A program made the position numbers and the translations under genes. The notes under the pieces were generated by a model. The model saw only the letters and a program-made list of their open reading frames with translations. It was not told where the DNA came from and did not search any database. Shown here piece after piece: positions 37,856 to 48,986 of a DNA stretch of 64,000 nucleotides; the stretch's first letter is position 1, and every line of letters starts with the position of its first letter. Location of the stretch: the NCBI GenBank assembly GCA_002104905.1, contig MCFE01000028.1, forward strand, positions 62,001-126,000, given 5' to 3'. The DNA is from Basidiobolus meristosporus CBS 931.73. Taxonomy: Eukaryota > Fungi > Basidiobolomycota.

Positions 37856-38950
37856 ATGTCGTTCGAGATCTTCTGGGATAAGCTTGACAGCGAGATTGCG
37901 TCCAGTATTCGGGAGAAGATTAACAGCCACTTCCAACAAGTCAAGCGCCCCTCTTTCCTGGGTGAGATTGAGATCCTGGACTTCAACTTCGGCACTATCC
38001 CCCCGGTGGTGGAGATAGTCGATATCACCGATCCATTCCCTGAGTTTTATTGGACCGACGACGAGGAGGATGGCGAGGAGTACACTTACACCGACGAGCT
38101 GAGTGAGAATGGCTCCTATTACGAGAGCAATAGCGTTGGCGGCGATACAACCTCTCATGCAAGCTTCAATTCCTCCCACAGATTATCGCACAAGTTCCAT
38201 TCCGACAACTACTCCATCCCGCGGACTCCTAGCTTGTTCAGTGAGGATGGCTATTTCGATTCGAGCAATGCACGGAATCAGCCTTCCCTACAGTCTGGAC
38301 CATCGACCAGAGCCTCACCCATGATTCCTTCACACAACCAGCGGAGTCATGCACCTGTCAAGCAGGATTCGGACGCCCAGATACACCTTTCGGTCACGTA
38401 TAATGGGGATATGCGTTTAACTATTGCTACGGAGCTACAGCTGAACTACCCTTCTATCGCCTTCATGTCTTTACCGGTGCGTCTTACCGTGACCGGCTTT
38501 TCTTTTTCCGGTATGCGTCTTTCGTTGTGTAATTCGGTTCAGTCGATTGCTGGTATTAACGGTCTTTCAAGCTGTCGCGGCCATAGCGCACCTTCGTGAT
38601 CGAATCAACTTCTGCTTCCTGGAGCCGAAAAATCCCGACCAGAGGTAGGTGAAAAGAAACCCATAGCACGTATCATGCACGGAATGTCTTACGAACTGGC
38701 GCAACCTAGTTTACTTGGAGACGTCCACATCGAGTCCGAGATTGGCGACAATCAAAAGCAAGGTAAGAAGACCGCAGGGATTCAACACACCCTGGCTGGT
38801 GGCTAATTCGTCCATTCCCTAGTGTTGAAGAACGTCGGCCAAATCGAGCGGTTTATCGTAGAGCAACTCCGCAAGCTGATCGACGAGGAGTTCGTGTTCC
38901 CCTGCTACCATTCGATTGATCTTGTACCCTCCTCTCGCGCAGAGTTCTAG
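37856..38950 (+). CDS. MDM12: ERMES subunit Mdm12 (SMP domain), 4 exons
   Basis: MSFEIFWDKL...RPSFLGEIEILDFNFGTIPP...DITDPFPEFY; LQLNYPSIAFMSLPVRLTVTGF; ESEIGD...VLKNVGQIERFIVEQLRKLIDEEFVFP. Confidence 0.94.
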
Positions 38951-39284
38951 TAAGTTTGCTGTCATCGAAGCACCACCGAATAGGCATTGGTTTGCTGGCA
39001 TTAATTGTACAGTTTGAATAAAGCATGTCTGTCTGTATATACAAATGGATGGGAAACTTGGTTAAATTCGATCTTCGGATAGCCCAACCCTGCGCCCGCC
39101 AGATAAACCCGGTGAAAAAAAAAGAAAAATTCCTAAAAAAAAGGAGAATTCAGGCTGATCTAGTTGAACAAAAATTGGGCCAAGTTCGCAGATGAAGCTT
39201 CCTCTTTCCTCTTTGGATCATTTCCAAGTTTCATACCCATCCAACCTCGGCCTTGTTAGTTGAGCGAGAGTGAAGTTTAATCAA

Positions 39285-39818
39285 ATGACTGTATGTGGGA
39301 TTTTGTGCATTGGTGTCACCGGCGTCGGGTACTAATTGACTTTCTTAACTGTAGCAAGATTCTTTCAAGCGTATTGTCGAAGTTGGCAGAGTTGTCTTGC
39401 TCAACCACGGTGCCGATGCTGGCAAACTTGCCGTTATCGTCGAAATCCTCGATCACAACAGAGTACGTGACGCACATTGTCTCAAGTGTTCAACAGCCAT
39501 GCTAATTCCCCGCTCTAGGCTATTGTCGATGGTCCTACCACCGGTGTCTCTCGTCAAGCCTATGCTTACCGTCGTCTTACCTTGACTCCTTTGGTCGTCA
39601 AGAGCCTTCCCCGTAGTGCCGGATCCGGTGCCCTCAAGAAGGCCATTGAGAAGCAAGACATTGTTGCTATCTGGAACAAGACCACCTGGGCCCAAAAGCT
39701 CGCTGCCCGTGAGAAGCGTGCTGCCTTGTCCGATTTCGATCGTTTCAAGCTCATGAAGTTGAGAAAGCAACGTCGTAACATCGTTGGTAAGCAAATTGCT
39801 GTTCTCAAGAAGAATTAA
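39285..39818 (+). CDS. RPL14: 60S ribosomal protein eL14; exons 39285-39290, 39355-39462, 39519-39818; 137 aa
   Basis: [13 protein letters not shown]...[20 protein letters not shown]...[21 protein letters not shown]. Confidence 0.96.
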
Positions 39819-42419
39819 ATTACATCGATAGAACTTCTATCTTTTGATCAACAACTCGCTTAATAAATGACTTAATCGGATAGCACACTGTATCCTGTAG
39901 AGAGTATATTTGATTCGGCTGTATTCTATCGAGAGTTCTATTGCGTACCAGTCCATGTATCGATGGATGGACTCCGTCATGTTAGATGGAAATCCGGATT
40001 TCATGGATACCGCTGGGTAGCGTGAGATTACGCATTAGTAAGCGGCAATGACAATATCACTACGGCGCGTATCCTCTATGTTATGTAGCACAAGATTATC
40101 CTGTTTCCACTACAGCGTACGATGTTGGTCAATATCCACATTTTCCCAAGACCTCTGCTTATGTAGGGTGTGGCAACAGCGGAGGCATTTCTGAGGTGCA
40201 CATATAACCCTATCCCTAGCCTGGCCAAATAAGGGAATTTTTTCGCATTGCTGGTAATTGGCTCTAACCCTGTTTGGTAGATTTTTGATTGAAGGAAGTT
40301 TCTATTTTGATCAGGTATTTTTGTAGCCGCTTGTAACCGCTTGTAACCGCAACAATGCATTAACGCCAAAATCGAGTCCTATCGAGTCAGAGGCCTATCG
40401 AGTTGAACGTGCTGCCAATTGGAGAACTAAAATAGATTCAAGAGAGGGACATTTCTTGTAGGCAGACAATGCCGATTGGATTTGGAAGCCTTGTTACACA
40501 CGCAATCCTATTCAATTTACGATAGCCAATGCATATAAGAGTATCGGTGATAAGTGCTCACCCCTATTAGGTTTAAAGTAGCTGCCAAGAAGTCAAATTT
40601 AGATACGATAATGTTACTCAGTAGGCACTTACACTGTAGTGAAACGAGACCACGTTTCTTCACACCATGGCATGTCGACTCAAGAAGGGCACCTGTGGTG
40701 GTTTGAAAAGCAGGCAGAACAACTGTAAACTCACATTCCATGTGCTAAGCCACATCAATGCAGATTTGCTGATTGTGACCAAAGTGAGTTGAATGAAACA
40801 GAAACAAGAATGGGCAATTTCGTGCAATTTCGTGCTTACTGATCAAGGCCTTTGTGCTCTTCGGTGCCTACTGATCAAGGCTTAGCCGTAGAATTCCGTA
40901 CGTAGCACGATATGTATGATGAAGCTAGCCCGACCTAAAGATCGACAAGGAATTGTGCGGGATACTCGAGTAAATAACGTACACCGCAAGAAACACAAAA
41001 TCATGCTCCATAAGGGGAAAAGCCAAAAATATCCTAATTTTCGTCATTTATCCATACCAGTGAGTGGTCAGGACATGGGCTTCAATGTGGGACAGCCTTC
41101 TAATTGACCCTTCGATCGTTCAGTAGGCGAAACATCTACGCACTCCGAAATGTCTCAACCACCCAATATGAGGGGGACGTTAGGTATATATGACAATTCT
41201 AATCAAAGTATGCTCCGAATTGGTATATATTTAGCAACTCTATGAATGAGGAGGGCAATAGAAACCTTAGCCCTAACCTTCTATGTCTTACTACCGAACC
41301 GAAGGGGAACCATGTTCGGTATCAATTTTCTTGTAACACACCACATTCAATTTGGCTTGCTTCCCTAATGGAGGGCAATGAACAGAACTATCTGGGTCAT
41401 CCAAATACGATAATTGATTGTGACACAATTTCGTAAACGAACGGGGTTCTTACCTAACCCTTCCGTACACTTACTACTGCCTTGGCTGAGGTTCTAAATT
41501 TAGCGTGAAAGGGGTCGCAAACAGCAGGAGACCTTGCAAATACATGTGCTTCAAAGATATTTTAAGCCTCTGATGAAGTCAACAAGCGTTTCTATATCGG
41601 AGCGCCGTGATGGATATCAATTTGTTAGACGGCATCATTGTTGGGCCAGGGATAAACTGAACCCGGCTTCCGTACACCTCTTGAGAAGAGAGGTGTTTTC
41701 AAATATTGTCAAGAGAGCGAAGTGACTGCAGAAGCACCACACCACTGGAATCCTGCATGGCCTCCTAGAAACAACCATGGGTGTTGGTGATTAAAACATG
41801 AATTAATTACCGATCAATGCAAATATTCTATACGGGTGCAGACGAGGTCGCACTATCATATGTAGAACAGTCGATGAAACATAGTAGCTCCTACTTCGAA
41901 ATGCACTCTTGCCTACTTGCATTGGCAAGGCGGTGGAAAGCGAAGCTGATGCCCATAATAAGTTTTATATGACTGGCCGGTCTGATGGAATTTCTATTGG
42001 AGTGTTTGCGGATGATTGATTGTTTCTCCATTACCTAGAATGGCGATTTTACATGTTGGCTGTTTGAAACTTTAAAAATGCTCCTATTGATACAACCGAT
42101 TCATTCGCTATATTGCCGAAAAATATACGGATGGAATAGAACCATCTGCAAAATGGTGGGGGATGCCTGCTTAATATGGTTGGATGGAGCAAGTAATCTG
42201 CTTCTCTAGTGCGCTTCTTTCGTGTCACAAAAGATAAATCATCATTTCCATATTGAATAGATCGTATTACTCGATGGAATCCATTCCCGTATAAAAGGCC
42301 GCCTCACGCCCCCTGATGGGGCCATTCGCTTTTCATTCACCACTAAATACTCTACCTGCTTATTTCGGCTCTTACTGAGCAACCACTCTGTATTAATACC
42401 TCCCTGTTCCATATACACA

Positions 42420-42998
42420 ATGGCAGTCAGTGTTCCTGAATATACTTACCACCCACTGCCTGGCATCAGACCCAGCCATAACGCTGCTGACGTCAAGTCT
42501 CCATTGAAGCTGTCAAAATCTCTTCTGAAAGACCCTGACGCTTTGATGAATTTTGCCGCCTACAGAGTAGACGCGGCCCTTCAGTGCGAGAAAGTCAACA
42601 CCACCAGACCAGACCTCCCGAGTCTGGCTGGATTTGTTAAATTGATGACCATCCGCACCAAGCTTTCGCTTCCAACCATCATGGTGACCCTGATATACGT
42701 CGAACGCCTTCATAAGTCACTACCCCCCTCCGCTCGCGGGGATTTTGAAACCCCCTACAAGATCTTCCTGGCCGCGGTCCTTGCCGCCAGCAAGTTTCTG
42801 GACGATCGACCCATCGAGAACTGTAAAATGGCTAGCTTGTGTGATGGTTATTTCACACTGTATGAAATCAACGAGATGGAGAGGTGCTTCCTCAGCATCC
42901 TGAACTATCATTTGTACGTCGATTCCGAGGATTTACGTGGTTTTCTTAACGAACACCGTTGCCAACTTAAAGCCGGTCTTTATCTGGAAGGATGGTGA
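42420..42998 (+). CDS. Pcl1/Pcl2-like cyclin (Cyclin_N fold), intronless, 192 aa
   Basis: LPSLAGFVK...LPTIMVTLIYVERL...TPYKIFLAAVLAASKFLDD...EINEMERCFLSILNYHL. Confidence 0.92.
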   Translation: MAVSVPEYTYHPLPGIRPSHNAADVKSPLKLSKSLLKDPDALMNFAAYRVDAALQCEKVNTTRPDLPSLAGFVKLMTIRTKLSLPTIMVTLIYVERLHKSLPPSARGDFETPYKIFLAAVLAASKFLDDRPIENCKMASLCDGYFTLYEINEMERCFLSILNYHLYVDSEDLRGFLNEHRCQLKAGLYLEGW

Positions 42999-45291
42999 GC
43001 ATTGGCTCTCGTTCCGATCCTGCCCCGTAAATCCACCGCATTCGCTAATTCCAACCTAGATAGTACAACCATCTCCATAATATCCCCCACCACCAACCTA
43101 ATGTAAAGCACCGCCCGCACAAGCTCGTTTGTAAATAAACAAATTAATATATGTACAACCATTGATTCCTAGCCGTTCCTTTTCGCTGGTGATGGGACAG
43201 GGCTCATCCAAAGTCGAACATTCCAAGGCGAAAGGCATAGAGCGTTCGTTAAGGTTATCCAGCATTTTCCTACTCACTCCTCCCTTTTTGGATTCAGCCA
43301 CCTTCCTAAAGGAAACCTAGAACCTCAGAAAATCCAACTATTTGGAGAGTAAGGCATCATCGATGAGAGATCATTGAGATCTACTCAGATTCGAGAGATG
43401 AAGGCCGCCCATCCGATTGGCGGCTGCCACGCTTCTTTAGAGGAAGCCCATACTACGTAGATGGTTTTGGCATCACCTAACTGAGGTGGAGATAAGACTG
43501 AGGTGCTTTATTAGCAGTGTACTTTGTCGTACTTGGAAGGTTCAAAACGTAGGTGGGATTTCTATTTGATCCAATATGGTCCTCCAACATCTTATCAATG
43601 CATCAAAACTGCTGTAACCTTCCATCGAGCAGGCCAATAGAATGGTCGGACGATCCAAAGAATATTCGGTAACGAAGGTTTTCTGTTGATGGTAGCGCTA
43701 GCGATCAGGTGGTTGACTTGGAAATAGAAACTGGCTTTACGCCTTTAGGTTCCCTTTTGTTGTCTCAACTGAGGCGGAATTCGTGGTGATTGCTGGTTGT
43801 GGTATGCAATGCACGATTTCTTGGCCAAGAAACCTGAGCATAGCCATCGAGACCCCTCGAGCTCTGCGTCCGCTACCTTATGCCAAGTTCTGGAAGTACA
43901 GGGAGATTGCCTCTGTTTGCACCAAGGACGGAACTTCTTTTGCATCCGTAGAATAGATCGAAATTTCTCCCCCTCACTCGGCATATCTGGCGCATTCTGG
44001 TTCAGGGCCGATGAGCGAGGCAGCCATCAACAAATTCCATCAATTTGGTTTTAGTTACGATTGTAGCTAGATGACCCCGGCGGCATGAAAGAATATTCCA
44101 AGTCAGTGCGGTTCCCCTCTATGTGGCTTGCTACACGATCCATCTATTCCAAAGCAGAGGAACTTTTTTCCGGTTGATCAGGCAGGCTGTCGAAGCACTC
44201 TGCCCACCCCGGCCAGGTTCGCCCAACTAAACTTTTAACCATCGAACTTCGGTCAGCGAATGGATGCTTCCATAGAATAACCATACCTCCCCTTGGTGGG
44301 AATGAGGTCAGATAAACCAAGTGGGTCCTGATTTCCCGAATCCTCCACCTCCTTGGAAGACGTGCCAAGAAAATTCTCTGGTGAAGAGAAGCGTCTTTGT
44401 GTCTCAATCGACCTTTCTACCCTGACGAAACAAGCCAACAATCAATCCTAATGAAAGGAATCGGCGCTGGTCGTCAGGTCACACATAGTGGGATTTCTCC
44501 GAAGCGTAGTGTGGACTTATTGAGGGTTACACCGTCGTGGTGTTCGAAGCAGGCTGGATCCATTCAGAGAAACCTTGTTTGTCTCTAAAATTGGGTCGGA
44601 AATGCCACATCGGCTATCGTTCTGCAGAGGAACTAGTTCATTCCCATTTCTGCACGGGTGGAAAATTCTTCATCTTGGGTCCGTTCGAGCCAGTGCCATG
44701 GGCCAAGTCCGGCTTATCATCGGCATTTTCCACTGATGGTGTGTCCTTGGCCTGCTACGGAAACCTGAGCGTGAGTCTACTAGGGAAATCAATGTAATGA
44801 TGTACATCTCCTCCCACTGTGCAGTTATGTGTTTGCATATTAGTCATACGGCCCGCACATTAATGATCTATCATCTTTGTTTCAGCCAAGGGAAAGGGAT
44901 CAAGTGCGCAGTACGGATGGCGATTGTATAATTTACTTCGTACCGTCAGTTACATGTTATTAACTACCGCTTAGGGTTAGGTGTCGCTCTATATTTAGTT
45001 TGGAGGCGTGTAACTAGCAGCTTGTCTTTTTGGGTAGTGATCGTGAACGACGCCAGATATAGATGAGCTATTCTAGTGATATTACACCAAGCATCGAATC
45101 AAGGCTGAGCGCATTACATCACGTTGCGCAGCTCCAGAGTCGATCTTTTGACTGAAGCTTGCCAAGATTTGGTCAGGATTTAATCAGTGTTTTAATCAAC
45201 GTTTGAGTTGTGAGCAATATATATGTTTGACTCCAGATGACAAATGCTCTTTATTTTGATTGTTCAGGTTGTTTGCTGAAGCAGCACTTCA

Positions 45292-46653
45292 ATGACTTTA
45301 CCTTTTCCTTCAGAAAGCTACGACCAACTCTATTCAAGGGTTAGTCAAGATGATAGAGCTCGCTACGACGCAAATACCATGCCAATTCCACAGACGTATA
45401 TGCCAGCTTCACAACCTTTGCTTTCTCTCGATTCACAGATGAGAATGCCAGTCCCTTTCAATTACGAAATGCCTTCGGTTACGGCACCAGACAACTTTGC
45501 TATTCAACGCCCACACACAGTCTACAACAGCGTTGGACCATATGAAGATGCTTCACCGCCGACTTATTCATTTCCCGAACCATCGATCTTCCCCAACTAT
45601 AGACGAAGCACTGAGCCTTGCCATAATCCTCCTTTCGATATGCCTTCGGAAAACTCGGGTTCGTTCGCCTCCCCCTTTGTACAGTTTCCAGAACCCGGAT
45701 TGCCCTCCAGCTTCCCTCCCAACGGCCAGTTTGTTTCCATGCCAAGCATATCCACACCGAATACCTCTTTACCATATACTCCAGGCGGCCAGGCTGCCTT
45801 CCCGATGACCGAGGGTTTTCTAACTTCTAACAAGTATGAGGCAGTGCCAGCCAAAAGCTCAGCCATGACTCTCCCTGAAACGCTTGGCCACACAAGCAAC
45901 ACTCTAGGCATCGTCCCAGTGACTGATGATATTTATCCGCCATTGTTCTCTGGATACCCGCCCACCAAACCCTCCCAAATATCTGCGTTGGCCAATATCA
46001 CCGGTGCTAAGATCTCGGATCGGTTTGAATGGGTCTACGCCACCAACGGGTTAGTATGAGTGGACCAAATGGCAGGGATTGTGGGGCACCAAATGCTAAC
46101 CTACTTTATAGCTATATACCTCCGGAGGCTATCGGTTGCGGTAAAGAAAGCAACGATTCCCCTCTCTATATTTCGAAAGGGGTTTACAAACAGGTCACCC
46201 ATGTTGGCATGGTCGCCCCGCATCTGAAGGGGATCAGCTTTGTTCACAAAAGTATGTTGTTACCTGATCCATCACCTCGATCCTCCAACGGGAAACTCAC
46301 TACACATCATTTCACTTAGATTCTGTTATAAAGCAAAAGGAATGTTACGTCCTGTGTGGAGACATACGTGGTCTTCGCTGGGTCAAGTGTATGGGCGCAT
46401 TCAATATGAAGGGAGGAAGATTCGTAGAAGCTGGTACCGCCGAGAACGGGAAGGCGGTAAGTGCAAGTCATCGTGGTTTGTTCGGTGATCGTATGGCTAA
46501 CATATCGCACAGATCTGCATCGGGCTGGTGGATTATCGGGGTGGGATTTACATTGGTGAAGTTGGTGAACACACTGGTGGAATGTCCTTTGCTTATCAAG
46601 GCAAGAAGGTGATGGCACCGGACTTTTATTATGTCTTGGCCTACAACTTTTGA
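45292..46653 (+). CDS. DM9-repeat (DUF3421) protein with a long Pro/Ser-rich N-terminus; exons 45292-46049, 46112-46251, 46320-46456, 46513-46653; 391 aa
   Basis: Spliced C-terminus FEWVYATNGYIPPEAIGCGKESNDSPLYISKG...CYVLCG...LRWV...FVEAG...ICIGLVDYRGGIYIGEV...YYVLAY fits two DM9 repeats; intron phases are consistent. Confidence 0.85.
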
Positions 46654-46849
46654 TGGCCCAAGTATCTGTAAACATATTCCATGTACATAATTAGATGAAT
46701 TCCCTCAGTGATGACTGGTCACAAAACCGTTCCATTGTTTAGCAAGTGAGTCCAGTGTAAATGGTGCCAAGGCACTCCTAGACTTTGGATCCAACCAGTG
46801 GTCCTTAATAAATGCAAATCACTCCTTGAGGTTTCGTTGATCTCTTCCT

Positions 46850-47090
46850 ACTTGGGCGGAGCTATGTATTCCTGTCCACCATTCTAACGATGGTCACCGA
46901 AGCACTTTCTTGTGTAGCCTCAGAAATGGTGGTATACAATGGTCCGTACAACAAATCCCAAGGCGCCACCACTTGACCATTGATGGTTACAATTTCTCCA
47001 TTGACACATACTTACTCTTACACCAACCATGCATCGTGATTCTTTTGGGTAGTAAACCTCACCTAATCACCCACACATGATCTACTTGGT
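46850..47090 (+). mobile_element. Possible old gypsy protease relic
   Basis: One frame reads LTIDGYNFSIDTYLL...CIVILLG, resembling the C-terminal half of retrotransposon aspartic proteases; no catalytic motif seen. Confidence 0.25.
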
Positions 47091-47184
47091 CCCTTTATTG
47101 GAAATTTGTATTGTAGGTGTTGGCTCTCAAGGTGAGGAATTCCTGACCCTCTCCTACCAGTTGTAAGATATACATACTACTTTC

Positions 47185-47816
47185 TGTTGTAAACTTTGTA
47201 ATTACACCTATATATTCACCTGACCTAGTCACTTAGATTATAGTCTGCAAATCTCAGAGAATTCTGGCCAAATCCCTTGTTGGGATTGACTTGGAATACC
47301 TTCACCAAAATATCAGGCACCCAGGACATGAAAAACCTTGAGGCTCTCCAAACCACCCTAAACTTTGCACATATGCTCTTGGGATGCTCCTATGCATATT
47401 TTGTTAAAAGAGTTTTGGGGATATTGGAGGTGACTGCAAGAACAAGTAGATTAAGCGGGTTTCACTTAATGATCTATTGAATGCAAGAGTAGTATTTGTA
47501 CTTGTACACGGTCCTGACAAAAAACCATGTGAAATATGTTTGGTAAGGCCCCAAGAATATGTGTGCAAAATTTGGGGCTCTCTGGACCACTCTGAGAAAT
47601 CTCATGTCTTTGGTGCCTGATATTTTGGTGAATAAATTATGGGGGTATTTAGACAACTTTGAGACACTTCATGCTCTGGGTACCTAATGTTTTGGTAAAA
47701 GTGTTCTAAGGAAATCCCAACATGGAACTTGGTAGGTATTCTCTAAGACTTGTAGGTAATGATCCAAGTGACCAAGTCAGGTGACTATTTAGGTGTAAAT
47801 ACAAACTGTTACAACA
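47185..47816. repeat. Diverged copia-family LTRs: plus-strand fragment (47185-47401) interrupted by a minus-strand LTR (47402-47816) with an internal partial duplication
   Basis: Starts TGTTGTAAAC; TGTTAAAAGAG at 47402; ends GTTACAACA at 47816; similar to, but clearly diverged from, the 349-bp LTR. Confidence 0.8.
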
Positions 47817-48986
47817 AAAGGCACTTTGTCCTTTCAGCTGGTAATTTGAAGATTCTTCTTGTAAACCTTTAGGAGTATTATAAAATCTGCTATTCCACCT
47901 AAATATTCACCTAACTTAGTAACTTAGATCATTACCTTCATATCCTAGGGAATACTGACCAAGTTCCTAGCCAGTATTTACTTGGAATATTTTTAACCTA
48001 AATACCAGGTACCCAGAACATGAAAATTCTCAAAGTCATCCAAACAGCCCCAAACTTTGCACACATGCACTTGGAATCTTCCTTAGCCTATTCTATGTGT
48101 TTGTAATGCCAAGACCATGTAAAAGTAATAATACTACTTTTACATTCAATAAATCATTAAGTGAAAACTACATAATCTACTTGTCCTCCCAATCACTTCC
48201 AATATCTCCAAGACTCTTACAACAGGCTACAAGCCCCAAGCTGTCACTCTCTGCTATGTATACTACTGCTATTACTGGAATTTTTTTCTCTGCTGAAAAG
48301 TTGGATAGATCAAACTACTAAGTGTAGAAGGTGAAGATGAAGATGTTGCTACAAGAAAGAGGCCTTTGGGACACTGTCATGGGAGAAGAATGCCCTCCTA
48401 AAAATGTGGGAGAGGAAACCTTAAAGTACCGGAAGAAAGAACAAAGTGCCTTTAACTGCATTTGCCTTAATGTTAAAGACAAATTGCTAATTCAATGCTC
48501 AAGAGCAAAAATGGCAAGGAATGCCTGGAAGGCATTAGAAGCCACATACCAGTCATGTTCAGCTGCTAAGAAAGTGTATCTTAGACCAAAATTCTTTACT
48601 ACAAAGATGCTGCCAGGAGAAGAAATCAAAAATCTAATCAACAGAAATACCCTGCTGGTGGATGAAATGGAATCTGTGGGCATACCAACTACTGATGAGG
48701 ATGTGATAGTTACCATCCTGAATAGCCTGACAGACAAGCTTCAGGGCCTTATATCAGCCCTAGAGTCCAGAACTGAAGATTTGACCTTAAATTATGTATA
48801 TGGAAGGCTCCTGGATGAAGAATTAAGAAAATCAAGTGCCAATAAGAAGGAAGAAGAAAATGCTTTAATAAGCAATGACAATCAATAAAGGAGGTACCCA
48901 AGACCCCGCAAAGGCAACAGCAACCTGTTTTGTAACTACTGCAAAAGGAAAGGACATATACCAGACCGGTGCCTCAAAAAGAGAGA

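Noticed and set aside
39989-40002. Perfect 14-bp palindrome GAAATCCGGATTTC
   Set aside because: Several palindromes of this length are expected by chance in 64 kb.
43000-45290. Several 60-87-aa ORFs on both strands
   Set aside because: No frame could be joined by plausible introns into a recognisable protein; treated as intergenic or UTR sequence.
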